A stretch of DNA of 64,000 nucleotides from Octopus vulgaris. Lineage: Eukaryota. The notes under the pieces were generated by a model that saw nothing but the letters and a program-made list of their open reading frames with translations, searched no databases and was not told the origin of the DNA. The stretch's first letter is position 1. Each line of letters begins with the position of its first letter. The stretch is from assembly GCA_951406725.2 (NCBI GenBank), contig OX597815.1, forward strand, positions 133,672,001 through 133,736,000, in the 5' to 3' direction. Shown in pieces: positions 12,655 to 26,611 of the stretch. Position numbers and translations under genes: made by a program.

Positions 12655-12981
12655 CAGTGGTTCTCAACTGGGATCCATAAGGTCCCTGTGGGTCCATATA
12701 AGAATTTTGGGGCCCATACAACATAATTGTAAACTGGGAATCCACAATAGTATTTGAAGGGCTCCTGAAAAAATTTTGCTTTAGATGTATTGGTATGTAT
12801 TGCAAGAAACTGCTGGGTTTCTTTCTCTAACATTTTACATAGACAAGTTAATGTGTGAAAAGCAAAATAGGAATTTTGTATGGAGTTTCTATAAAACTAG
12901 TTTTTAAACATCGAATGGGTCCTCCAGAATAAAATTGTAATCAAAGGGGGTCCATAGATAAAAAATGGTTGAGAACCTCAG
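12655..12981. mobile_element. hAT-type MITE (same family as 7178-7615, inverted) inserted in a SINE A copy (~12610-13290)
   Basis: TIRs CAGTGGTTCTCAAC / GTTGAGAACCTCAG; TSD GTTTAGCT at 12647-12654 and 12982-12989. Confidence 0.88.
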
Positions 12982-15900
12982 GTTTAGCTGAACAATTCGA
13001 CTCCAGTACTTATTTTTAAGCTTGGTACTTAGTTTATCGGCCTCTCTTGTTGAACAGCTAGGTTATGGAGATGTATACAAACTAACACTGGTTGTCAAGC
13101 GGTGTGGGAAACAAATACACACACACACACACACATACATGATGGGCTTCCATACAGTTATCAACCAAATTCACTCACAAGGCATTGGTTGCCCTAGCAC
13201 TATAGTAGAAGATACCCAAGGTGCCATGCAGTAGGACTGAACCCAAAACTATATGGTTACAAAATAAACTTCATAACCACACACTCATGTTATATATTTG
13301 AAGTAATCATAGAAAAATTATTAATATTTTGAGTTCTTCATTACAGTTGTTTCAATGGATATTGAGCCCTAATTTGCATGGTAACATGTCGTGTGTGTAT
13401 ATGCTTTATGATGTGAAGCATATCGTAAAGTATACATGCACACAAACGTGCACAAACACACTGATACACATACACGCATCATACTCACATGCGTGTCTGT
13501 CTCATATATAATTCAACTAAAGGATTATCCAGCTATTGAAATTTATAACTATACGTGTGTATGTGTGTGTGTAAGTGTGAATAAAAGAGAAAGAGAGAAA
13601 GAGTGAGTGAAAAAAGAGAGAGTAGTAGAGAATGAGCAAGATACTTTAGTTGTATAAGTAAGCATGCAGACATATTTAACCCTTTCATATATGCATGTAA
13701 AATATATATAATCAATATTAACCATAGTTTAAGGGTAGCAGTGGTGGCTAAGAGGATCAGAAATGGAATTGAATGCATTATAGTAGTTACAACTTTTCTG
13801 TTATAAATTCAAACCCCATCAGTATTAATTTTCCTGGTTAGTTATGACTGTTGACACCTCTTAATTGTAATACCTTCTTTCATTCATATTTTTTGGTGGT
13901 AAGGGAGAGGGGCAAAAACAAAAACAATAAACACTTATTTTTAACATATTGGAGCCTAACCCAAATTATAGAAAGGACCAGATATTATTGTCGAATATGA
14001 CTGAATCCAAAGGCACAATCTCCAGTAATCTGTGTTGACTAAAATCAAAAGAAACGTCTAGAGAGAGATTAAAAAAATGACTGAGGAACAATTGAATCCT
14101 TAGACTCAATCTCCGATGATGTGACTACATAAAAATTTCTTTTTAATGTGATGCTGAGGCTCAAAATTGCAGTATATATAAGATAATGGACTTTCTGAAC
14201 GGTAGTTTAATTCTGCTACATGTATTTTATAAGTGTTTCCACTGGCCTTACAATTTTTTTATACCACTACAGCAGTTTCTAACCCTCAGAACTAACTAGC
14301 TGTATACTGCATGTATTACTGCATCCATCTCTCCTCTAATCAGCTACAGCATCTTTTCCCTGCCAACCCTCAAAAATCTTCACAATAAATATTTTACCCA
14401 ATCAATTCTAGTATTATATGTGTGTATATATACAACCAAAGGGGCAGAAATGACATACTCTGAAGGAATTTAAAGGAACATAATCCAAAGGCAGAGTAAG
14501 AAAATCCATGAATCATGTACTCAAAAACAATCAGGACGTATATACATTAATAGGTGCAGGTGTGGAACAAGAATTTGCTCCTAAACATATGGTGTGGCAT
14601 GTGGAACCATTGACGTGTGTCTTACTGTAGTTCTGGGCTGACCAAAGCATTGTGAATGGATTTTGTGGGTGGAAACTGAAAGAAGCCTAGCATATAGATA
14701 TGTGTGTGATGTGTGTGTGTGTGTGTGTGCATGTGCGTGTGTGTGTGTGCATGTGCGTGTGTGTGTGTGAGAGAGAGAGAGAGAGTGTGCGCATGTGTGT
14801 GTGTGTGCGCATGTGTGTGTGTGCGCATGTGTGTGTGTGTGCGCATGTGTGTGTGTGTGTGCGCGCATGTGTGTGTGTGTGCGCATGTATGTGTGTGTGC
14901 GCATGTGTGTGTGTGTGCATGCTATAATCTCCTAGTTATAAAAGAGTGTCGTTGTTATGTGTGTAGTGATCGTCATTTCTAATATTCTGTGAAGCATTGG
15001 TCATAGAGAAATATTACCTAACATGGACACAGAAAAACATCCAGTCAGAAAATCTGCCTCAACAAATTCTGTCCAACTTGCTGGTCACAATGGGCTTCCT
15101 CATATTCTTGTAACCTTCAAATGATGCTACTATACTGAAATTGCTATCTTTCATTTACTAGATATATAATTAAAATCAAATTCAAGTTCTGGCTCTATCA
15201 ATCTCTGATTCATGAAAAGATACACAAATATTAGGCTATTCACATCTACATATGTTGTCTCCTACAATCATTGGCCTTGTGTCCTGTAAAAGGCATCAAT
15301 ACTAAGGTAAGAATAAAGTGGTGAGGTGGCAGAATAGTTAGCATTCCAGGTGAAATGCTTAGCAGCATTTCATCCATCTTCATGTCTGGCAGTCAAATTC
15401 TGCTGAGGTTGACTGTCTATCATCCTTTTGGAATCAATAAAATCCATACCAGTTGAGCACTGGAGTTGATCTAATCGACTTATCCCTTCCCCCAAAATTA
15501 CTGGCCTTGTGCCAAAATTTGAAATCAATACCAAGGATAGAATGTTAGATTAGTAGATTTGTTAAATGCCTTGTAATATCTAATTAAGTATATGTCCTGA
15601 GTTCAAATCCCACTGGGGTAAATATAACAAAATTCAGGAGCTGACCATTCTTCCCTCACAAGTTTAAGTCTTTGTACCTATGTTAGAAATCAACAAATGA
15701 TGTTAAGAATGCTAGGGTGGCAGAAACAGTCAAATGCAAGACAAAATACTTTGTTGTATTTAGGTGCGACCCTTTATGCTTTGAGTGCAAATCCTTGCAA
15801 AGGTCATTTAGAATTTTCAACTTGCATGGTCAAGATATACATAAGATATACATCAATCTAGTACTGGGGTCAATTAACCCTTTACTTGTCTTCTTTTTAT

Positions 15901-16394
15901 CACATGTAATACACAAAGTATATTTCTCTGGCATCATGGTCATCATCATCATTTAGCTTCTGCTTTCCATGCTGGCATGGGTTAGATGGCTTGACTGAAA
16001 CTGGTAAGCTGGAGCACTGCATCAGGTTCCAGTCTGATTTGGTATGGTTTCTATGGTTGGATGCCCTTCCTAACCTAATGCTAACCTCTCCAAGAGTGTA
16101 ATAGGGGCTTTTACATGCCACCAGCACAAGTGCCAGTTACTTGACATCACTTGGTTTGACAAGTCTTCTCAAGCACAGCATATCGCCAAAGGTCTTGGTC
16201 ACTTGTCATTGCCTCTGTGAGGCCCAACATTCTAAGATCATGCTTCACCATTTCATCACGTGTTTACGTGTGTTTTCCTGGGTCTACCTCTTTCACAGGT
16301 TCCCTGCACATAACCAATTTTTTTCAACCATCAGAGCAACTTAGGACTGAAACAAGCAATAAACAAAAATCAGAAAACAAGCAAGGACATTTAA

Positions 16395-16586
16395 TCCTTT
16401 AGCATTCAAACTGGCCACATCCAACCCCAAATGTTCTACATGCTTTATGTCCAAACTGGACAAATCTGGCCTCTCACACCTATCTGATAATGTCATTCAA
16501 ATCATAAATAATCACATCCTAATTGATTCAAAAGAATGTGAATAAATATGTGTAGCATTTGACATAGTAATCTGAATGCTAAAGAG
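16395..16586. mobile_element. TTAA-site MITE (piggyBac-like), same family as 32964-33184
   Basis: TTAA-TCCTTTAGCATTCA ... TGAATGCTAAAGAG-TTCA. Confidence 0.7.
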
Positions 16587-16633
16587 TTCAGACAAATTTA
16601 TGAAAATACTTTGGACAGGCCAAGTGGACTAAT

Positions 16634-16997
16634 TCATCATCATCATCATCGTTTAGCGTCCGCTTTCCATGCTGGCATGGGTTGGACGGTGCAACTGGGG
16701 TCTGGGAAGCAGAAGGCTGCACCAGGCCCAGTCTGATCTGGCAATGTTTCTACGGCTGGATGCCCTTCCTAACGCCAACCACTCCATGAGTGTAGTGGGT
16801 GCTTTTTACGTGCCAGACGAGGCTGGCAAACGGCCATGATCGGATGGTGCTTTTTACGTGCCACCGGCACGGAGGCCAGGTGAGGCTGGCAAACGGCCAC
16901 GATTGGATGGTGCTTTATACATGCCACCGGCACGGAGGCCAGGCAAGACTGGCAACGGCCATGATCGGATGGTGCTTTTTACGTGCCACCGGCACCT
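16634..16997 (-). mobile_element. RTE-type 3' end with (GAT)n tail and ~63-bp internal tandem units
   Basis: Minus strand ends CCGTCCAACCCATGCCAGCATGGAAAGCGGACGCTAAAC(GAT)n. The motif GGTGCTTTTTACGTGCCA recurs four times (one with mismatches) in 16798-16997. Confidence 0.7.
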
Positions 16998-17491
16998 CAA
17001 AAGTCTGTGACCATGTTATCAATGTTTGGTAAAGGCATGACTGTCACAACAAACTACATTCTCTCATAAAATTTTATTACTACCATTATAACAAACTTCT
17101 GTTTAACCACTGCTATCATTCCTACCTTCATTACCATCACTACTATGACAAGCTGTTTCCACACTCATCACCATCACCACAAGCATTATCACTGTTTTGA
17201 TTATCATCTTTTATCTTTTATTTGTTTCAGTCATTTGAATGTGGCCATGCTGGAGCACTATCACTGCTTTGATTATCATCTTTTATCCTTTATTTGTTTC
17301 AGTCATTTGCTTGTGGCCGTGCTGGAGCACTACCTTGAAGTGATTTTGATGAACAGTTTGACTCCAGGATATAGTACTTATTCTATTGGTCTCTTTGCTG
17401 AACTGCTAAGTTACAAGGATGTAAATACACTAACACTGGTTGACACACCATGATGGGGGGGACAAAGACACACAAAGACACACACACATAG

Positions 17492-17558
<67 letters not shown>

Positions 17559-19301
17559 AATATATATATATCACACAGCTATGCCTGCACCTATTACTAA
17601 CAGTATTAGTTACATCAATATCACTGCAGTCATTGTCAATATGATCAGCATCAAACTTTCCATAAATGCTTTTCACCACCACACCACCTCCACCACCACC
17701 ACCACCACCACCACCACCAACATCATCATTATTATCATCCCTGCTTTTATCACCACCACTACAACCCCTCCCCCTTTATTATACCACTGTCACTACCATT
17801 ACTATTCAAAGCAATGGGTTTTAAACTGAAGCCACCAGACCTACCTTAAAAAAAGAATATTTGTGACATTTGTTGTGTTCTCCCCAAACTTTATTAATGG
17901 GAAGATAAAGTTTGCTTTGATATAATTCCTCCTTTCTTTGCTATGGTGTTTGAGAAGTTTCAAAAGCCATCTTAATATTATAAAATATAACCGATTGTCC
18001 ATCCCTTATCTATCCTCACAACCCTCTTCCTCTCCTATGAGAAATGTTTACTCAGGAAACTTCTATAAAGTTACTTGACCTACTAGAGATAACAGTCAAA
18101 TCTCACCCAAAACACGCCCACCTCACTATCTCAGAAAAGGACACATTAAATAATGTGATCCTGGGTTCCATGTATATAAAAAAAGATGTGATAGTCATGG
18201 CTGGAATGTCTTTGATCACAGATCTGCTCAGTTAGGTCTCAAATGAGTGAAATACCACTACCAACAACAGGAGAAGAATACATCAGTGTTATGGAGGGTA
18301 AACAATTTTAAGATAAAAATACTTTTGATAGTGTTTTGTACGTCTGTGTGTGTATAGATGTTTGTGTATATAAGAATGCAACTGCGTGTGTGTGTATATG
18401 TGAGTGTGCATAAGTCTGTGATTTGCATATATGTAAATATTTGTGTATTTGCATATAAGTATGTATGTTGTGTGCATGAGTATACATGCAGGTTTGTGTG
18501 TGTGTAGATCTGTACATTCAAGTATCTGTTTGTGTGTGAATGCACATCTAAGTGTATGCACATATTTGTATATGCTTATCGTATACCAAATTGTTTCTCA
18601 TTGAAAGTTTTGTGTTTTTAATGTTTTTTTTTTCCATAGCATTCATTAAACATTATATTTCTTTATTTCCTCACTCCGTCCGGGTGGCCAGCGGAAACAG
18701 TAAATGGATTGTCGTGTGAAACTTGTCCAACAGGTTTCTTTCACTTTTACTTCTATGACTCAGCCAAATGTTTTTCCTTTCGCCAAAGCTGAATGAATTG
18801 CTGTGAGAGGTAAGCAGAAGTTTGTCACCTGGTAAAACAATGGTCTTAATATTATATAGTCTGTCATACATGTAAACTGTCTCACATAGAATAAATAGAC
18901 ATTTACATTTTCAAAATCTTTTTTTGTGTCTTGTCTTTTTATGAAATTAACAGAGTTGGTTGAATGTCCACTATAATGCCCTCTTGCTGCTTTTCATGAT
19001 CATCATTTAACATGTTGCCAACCATCATTTGTTTTCAAGCAAAGTAATATTTCTCTATGGCCAGGCACATTTTTCACAGAAGCCTGGATATGATCAACAA
19101 TAATTGTATTAAGGTGATGTTTATTTACAACCATGTGATGTCAAGATGCACAAACATGCACATACACACACAAGGCTTTGGTCAGCCCAGGGCTATAGTA
19201 GTAGATACTTGCTAGAGGTACCTCACAGTGGAGCTGAAACTGAAACCTGCATAGTTGGGAAGCAAGCTTCTTAACCATTCAGCCATGTGAATCCTCTAAA
19301 T

Positions 19302-19577
19302 CAGTGGTTCCAAAAGTGGGCAGCATTGCACCCACTGGGGGTGGTGGAAAGTTCCAAGGGGGTGTTGAAGAAAAGTGGGACAATAAGGGAGTAGCGATTC
19401 ATGTAAAAACAACAAAATAATAGGTTTGTTAGGTTAAGTTTTATTTGTTAAATACAGTTGCTTAGAATTTGCTTCAGAAAGAGGTCTATGTTTGTGATGG
19501 TTAGCTGGGGTGGGGATGCTAGGAATGTAGCTTAGGTGTCAAGGGGGCAGAAGCCTGAAAAAGTTTGAGAACCATTG
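19302..19577. mobile_element. hAT-type MITE with 8-bp TSD
   Basis: TIRs CAGTGGTTCCAAAAGT / AGTTTGAGAACCATTG; TSD CTCTAAAT at 19294-19301 and 19578-19585. Confidence 0.85.
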
Positions 19578-20599
19578 CTCTAAATGGTTGCTTTACCTCC
19601 CACTAAAAAAAAAAAAAAATCGCCAAATTTTCTCAATACCATATCCTACTATCTTACTAAAAGTAAGGAGACAATGAGTCATATGGTTCTGGATAATTGT
19701 GTGAGTTTCAAATATAAAGGAGAATCAAAGAGGGAAAGCCATTGTGCATAAGTCTGTTAGATCAGGATAGTTCTTGGGATTAACAACAAGGTTCAAAGTA
19801 AGAGGACTGTAATCAGCAATTGAGATGGGTAATGAAAGCATAGTAACCAGAGTATGAAGGTGGAGGAGAAAGCTTTTACCTCTGCTGGAAGTAAAAGGTA
19901 TATTTCTCAGAGTGAAGGACAGATTGTGTGATGCTTATGTGTGACATGTTATGCAGTATGGTAATGAGATGTGGGCCTTGAATGCAGGGGATTTATGAAA
20001 GACCTGAGGGAGAAGTAATGATGGCTTATAGTACAGGAGAGAGAGGGAGAGAGAGACAGAGAGAGAGAGACAGAGAGAGAGAGACAGAGAGACAGACAGA
20101 TCAAGGGAGAGAGCAAGCAAATGGTAATCATAGATTAGCTGGGCAATAGAAATGAGCTAGGAATTGGTACAAGAGAGAGAGAGAGAGTGATGGATAGTTG
20201 TACTGATGAGCTGGTGACAATAAAAGAGAATGATGGGTGTTGCTAACAAATAACATGGGGAAGAAGGACTGATGACAGAACATAGATGGCAATGAAGTGT
20301 AATGGATACTAACAGTTCCTCATTAAACAAGCATCATGAAGGCAGTGAGAGAGAGAGAAAGAGAGAGGTAATGGTAATGCAGATGGTAACTGAGACAGTT
20401 ATTGAAGAAGGGCAGATTCATTACCAGTCTTTGTCACATAGGTGGAATGGCACAGTGAGTGAGAGAGAGTGATAGACATGAAAAGGTATTCAAGAGGCAA
20501 GAAGGAGGGAAGTAAATGGAGGCTGAATAGGAAATCACTGGGCCAGAGATCCAAATGTGGATATACAACCCAGTCTTCATTACTTCTAAAATTTTACCT

Positions 20600-21750
20600 G
20601 CTTCTAAGGGTGGGAAGTGACTTCTCCAGCACTACATGTTGCCAATCATCAACAGTCCTTTGTATCGAGTGTCCTTGTAGCGAGTCACAGCAATTTTCAC
20701 CACTTCATGCTATGTTCTCCTACATCTCCCTCTTTCCACATGTTTCAATCATTTTGAGTGTTTAGCACTTCCTTATACAGTTGTCACCTTCCATATGCAT
20801 TTCATGCTCATAACAGTGCAGTTATCTCTCTTGCACTTCACATCACCATAACAGATTCTTTATATTTAGTTTTTCTCACAGTTTATTTGTGTTCCGTCAT
20901 TCTTGCACACTAATATTGAATACCCAGTGTAGTATGCTGGCTTCATTTCTGTCCAGTCTTTAGAAACCCTTGCATTCAAAACCCACATCTCACTACCATG
21001 CAGCATAACACTTCGTACACAAGCATAATACAATCAGCCCTTCACTCTGTGTGAGTAATAGAGGTAATAGTTTTCTCTGCCCTGGTTACTCTGCTTTCAG
21101 TACATCCACCTCTGCTACTGATTAGGTCACCTAACTTATTTTGAAACCTCTTAATTCTAGGTTATGCTTCCAGCTCTAACATTTCTTTTCCACATCTACA
21201 GATTTGGCTCTAAGGATTAGGTCATCAGCACCGAGAAGTTCCCACAGACAGGCATGTTTTAAAGTCCTCTGTTATGGGAGGTAGGACTATAATAAACAGG
21301 AGAGGGTTTGTAACAGAGGCCTGATGAACCCCTACCTATATGTTAAATTCATAGACCTTATTACCGACTCACTTTACTGACTGTGCCTTTGTACATGGTT
21401 TGTATTGCCCTCACAGGCTATTTATCTACACCTAGTTTCCTTAGTAATCATTAAATTAAATTGTATGGTATTCTGGTAAAGGCCTTCTCCAGAGCAACAA
21501 ATACTTGATATAGGAACTTACCCCAAGCTAAATTCTTCTCATATAATCACCTCACTAGGAATAAGACATAAGTTATACTTATTCTAAGCACAAACTTGGG
21601 CTATCTTGTCTCGGCTAATTCTGTTTCAAATCAATTGTGATATAGCAGCTTTCTGTAATCTTCATTACCTTGGTGAACAATTTGATGCCTCTATAATTGC
21701 CTCACTCAAGCGCATCTCCTTGTAGTAGTTGACAATGATACTATTAAACA
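20600..21750 (-). pseudogene. heavily decayed RTE-clade reverse transcriptase
   Basis: Minus strand near 20990-21050 reads RVKG*LYYACVRSVMLHGSEMW. Other RT-like patches lie upstream with many stops and frameshifts. Confidence 0.6.
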
Positions 21751-21779
21751 TTAGGCATGACACCTCCCTATACTACCTC

Positions 21780-22150
21780 TTTTATTTGTTTTAGTCATTT
21801 GACTGTGGCCATGCTGGAGCACCGCCTTTACTCGAGCAAATTGACCCCAGGACTTATTCTTTGTAAGCCAATTACTTATTCTATTGGTTTCTTTTGCCGA
21901 ACTGCTAAGTTATGGGGACCTAAACACACCAGCATCGGTTGTCAAGCAATGTTGGGAGGGACAAACACAGACACACATATATACATATATATGACGAGCT
22001 ACTTTCAGTTTCCATCTACCAAATCCACTCACAGGGCTTTGGTCAGCACGAGGCTATAGTAGAAGACACTTGCCCAAGGTGCCACGCAATGGGACTGAAC
22101 CTGGAACCATATGGTTCGTAAGCAAGCTACTTACCACACAGCCACTCCTA
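21780..22150 (-). mobile_element. SINE family A
   Basis: Aligns by eye to 3075-3496. Confidence 0.88.
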
Positions 22151-22963
22151 CGATTATAATATATATAAATATACATTAATTAGTGTAATTTATTTATGTA
22201 TTTGCGACGGGGGGGGGGGGGGGAGAAAAGCTGACTAACAAAAAAGTGCTACAGTAGAAGGCTGCAATTTTATTTATTTGCTTCTCAGTACATTTGCTGG
22301 CAGTGCATATTAATTAACAAAAGTACCAAGCAGCATGAATGAGATTAATTGTAAGTTTACATATGCACGTTTAGTAAACATACATCTAGCTTCACTGGGC
22401 AAATAGGTGTTGAGGTTAAACCACAGGGAATTTTCTGCAGAACAAACCTAAAAACAGCTTGACTAGTTTTGTTTGGTTATTGCTGTTTTTTTTGCTTTTT
22501 TAGGGAGTGTCTAATACCAAAAGAAATAGACACACCTGATGAACCAACAATATGAGCTGTTCTCCCATTCTTTTGGCAGAAAGATTCCTGGTGTTTTATC
22601 CTAGGGTCTCACAGTAAGGCTGAATGTTTATTAAACATATGCAAGTACTCTTATTTACAGTTCACACACACACACACATACATTTTGTAAACAAACTTAT
22701 AAGTGCCACATGTGTCGCTTCTTTCCATCTTCTAAAGGATATTTACCTGATTCTCCAAGCTGTCCTCACAGCCTTCTCATGTTCATGAATTCACATATTT
22801 GATACTTACTTACATACATACATATATATACATATACATACATACATATATATATATGGGTACAGGCATAGCTACATGGTACCTTGGGTAAGTGTTTTCT
22901 ATAATAGTCCTGGGTGATTAATGTCTTGTGAATGAATATGGTAAATGATGGAAACCCATCATG

Positions 22964-23029
<66 letters not shown>

Positions 23030-23387
23030 ATGCATGACAGCCCAAATAAGCTGAGAGAAAAACTGAGCATAAGAGGAATCAGGTGTAGTGTGCAAGAGAG
23101 AAGATTGCTTTGATATAGGCATGTGACATGCATGCCTGTGCTCAAAGTAAATGGAATCTATGGAAGAGAGAAACTGGGGAAGATTTGGCATTAAATGATC
23201 AAATCAGATTTGAGTTTGTAACACTTCACAAAAGAGATAACAAAGGATTCATTGATTGGTAGTAGGCTGCTAGGGAGAAAACCTGCTTACCTTCTCAGGC
23301 TAGGCAAAACAACCAGTAAAATTATGTCAGATTATGTTTATACAGGTATTTATCATGTTACCATATATATATATATATATATATATA

Positions 23388-23626
23388 TCATCATCGTTTA
23401 GTGTCCGCTTTCCATGCTAGCATGGGTTGGATGGTTCAACTGGGGTCTCGGAAGCCAGAAGGCTGCACCAGGCCCAGTCTGATCTGGCAATGTTTCTACG
23501 GCTGGATGCCCTTCCTAATGCCAACCACTCCGTGAGTGTAGTGGGTGCTTTTTATGTGCCACCGGCACAGGTGCCAGGGGAGGCTGGCAAACGGCCATGA
23601 TTGGATGGTGTTTTTTACGTGCCACA
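23388..23626 (-). mobile_element. RTE-type 3' end, same subfamily as 16634-16997
   Basis: Nearly identical to 16640-16865, 5'-truncated inside the tandem units, and abuts (TA)n. Confidence 0.75.
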
Positions 23627-24728
23627 TAATGGTGAACATATATGCATGCATTTCTGCCTATTGTATGGTCAACATCATTGACATTTTTGATAGCCACTCT
23701 CTCTTTAACACCTATATCACTCTTACCTGTGTGACTTCTGCCTTGTTCCTTGCATCACATATCTCCATCACTCATTCTGTCTAGTGCCTATACCAAAGTC
23801 ACCTATGTCTCTTTTGCCTAAGCCTTATCTCTCTCGCTCATACTGCCTGCACCGATGCCCCTATTACTCATCACTCACTCACACCCACTTATCAAAAGCA
23901 TTTCACCATACTGTCGGTTTGACTAAGGATGATGGTGGACCTCTCTCTTCTCTCTGCCACACATTATACTGATTTGTATACTGTTCCCTATACATTGCTT
24001 TCTTTCATCCATACTCTTACTCACTGGATTTCTTCTGGTCATCATACATTGCTTCCAGTCAAGATACTCTACACCTTTTCTGACTCTCTCTTCACTCCTT
24101 TATGCAACTCACTGGTACTCAATTCATCTACTTTCCAACTGCCATGCCAACACCCTCATCATACATCCCCTTTGGCCCATCCCATTTGTCTATGTGTATG
24201 TGGACATATTGCACTACATGTGTTCAGTTAACTTGTCCTTGCCCTTCCCATCCTTTATGCCAATCACTATCCCCATGTCACCTTGTCATATACCATTTCT
24301 CTTGGGCCTCTGTCATTGCTTTATCCCCTGGTCACAGACATAGACATCTGCCAACTCCCCACTGTTTCAATCATATTGTTTTCAATATTGGTATCTATCT
24401 CAAAATACTGAGCACTCCTTATCACTCATCCTGCCACTACACATCCTTCTCATCACTATCGTTCATATTTCTGTCACTCATACCTTTCAATTTGTAATGA
24501 TGAGTGAGCAGAGACCTGGAGTTGTGAAATTCCTTTAGTTGTGATGAGGACATGGTTACCTCTCTAGTACTGGTACCACAAAAAATGCACCCAGTTCACT
24601 TTGTAAAATGGTTGATGTTCAGAAGGACATTCTGTTGTAGAAGCCAAATCAAAATGAAACCTGAGGTAAATGTCATACCTCTGACCTGTCTAGGTGAGCA
24701 AACCTGTTTAACCCATGCAAGGAGATAT

Positions 24729-24780
<52 letters not shown>

Positions 24781-24940
24781 TCATATATATATACACACAC
24801 ATAGGCACATGCATACATATATACATACACTTCAATGCACAAATATATATATATACAAAAACACACACATACACACATGCATAGATATATATACATACAC
24901 TTAAACACAAATATATATATATACACAAACACATGGATAC

Positions 24941-24971
<31 letters not shown>

Positions 24972-25252
24972 CATACATACACTTACACATTATATATATA
25001 TATAAATGACATACTATTTACTATTTCTGTGGCCTCCATTTTAAAGATGGCTGAGTAGGTAGTTGAAGGAGATTTTATGTTTATGTTGAACAAAGTCAAG
25101 TTACAACAGAATTGCCTTGTAGTTTCAGATGTTTACTCATTGACTTGTGACTCAGTCTATCACACCTGCATTAGATAAGTTAGGTATTGATTGTTTCACT
25201 CAAAATATTGACTGACAAGCTTGATGTTGATGGAGGGAGGGAGGGAGGGAGT

Positions 25253-25311
<59 letters not shown>

Positions 25312-25558
25312 AGTGAGGTAATGAGTGTCTGAGAACCTCTTACTATTGCTCTGATTGGTGAAATTATAATGAAAATTGCATCTTCTATTGCAAAGAGTTA
25401 CAATGACCAGATGGGTGGATACAATGTTAGAGATTTAGTTCATGAATTATGGTACTATTTTCCAATATACAACACACACACACAATGTTGTGTATTTACA
25501 AAATCACTTGACTTCATAATTGCTGAATTATTAAACTAACCATGACACACACACACAT

Positions 25559-25625
<67 letters not shown>

Positions 25626-25707
25626 TAGGGAATAAATCCAAATTTACAGGGAAAAATCAGATTTAGGATTAAATCCAATTTTATAGTATAAATATATTAT
25701 ATTATAT

Positions 25708-25916
25708 TATATTATATTAAATTAGAGATAAAACCACTATTAGGCAAATCAAACAATGAAAAACATAAGCCAATACATAAAATTAATTAATTTATATTAT
25801 TTTTTAATTTATATTATTTTATAAATAATAAAAATAATATAAATTAATTAATTTTATGTATTGGCTTATGTTTTTCATTGTTTGATTTGCCTAATAGTGG
25901 TTTTATCTCTAATTTA

Positions 25917-25926
<10 letters not shown>
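25708..25926. repeat. perfect 97-bp inverted repeat with 25-bp spacer, embedded in (TA)n
   Basis: 25708-25804 is the reverse complement of 25830-25926. Confidence 0.9.
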
Positions 25927-25998
<72 letters not shown>

Positions 25999-25999
25999 C

Positions 26000-26040
<41 letters not shown>

Positions 26041-26065
26041 TATATATATATACATATACATATAC

Positions 26066-26097
<32 letters not shown>

Positions 26098-26611
26098 ATG
26101 TATATGTATATGTGTATGTATATATATACATACATACATATATATGTATATATATATATATATATGTATGTATATGTATATGTATATGTATATATATATA
26201 TGTATATATATGTATGTGTGTATATATATATATATATATATTACACACACAAACACACATGCACATATACAAACACATATCTCACCATCATTATTACTTA
26301 ATGCCTACTAAAATAATAATGATAATATATGTTATACAACGTATATACACACACATATATGCACACGTAACTATACTCATTCACACCTAAATATGTAACA
26401 TACACACACAGTTTTTTATGTTTGCATAATGGCATAAAATTATGTAATGTAAGTAGTGTGAACAAAGAGTACTCAACATGTTTAATAAAGTAAATTAATG
26501 TTATTGCTTAAGTTGATTACTTTCCCACTGCTTTGAAGCTTGAGTTTCAAATACTCTTCACATGAAGAATGCTTCACCAGTATAAAACTAATACACACAC
26601 ACATATATAAT

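Noticed and set aside
16798-16997. Repeat-spacer pattern resembling CRISPR
   Set aside because: The intervening segments are homologous to each other and the array is part of a dispersed retroelement tail.
24552-26390. Many HT/YI/CV-repeat ORFs (also near 3.8, 14.6, 38, 40, 52 and 55 kb)
   Set aside because: They are translations of di- and trinucleotide microsatellites.
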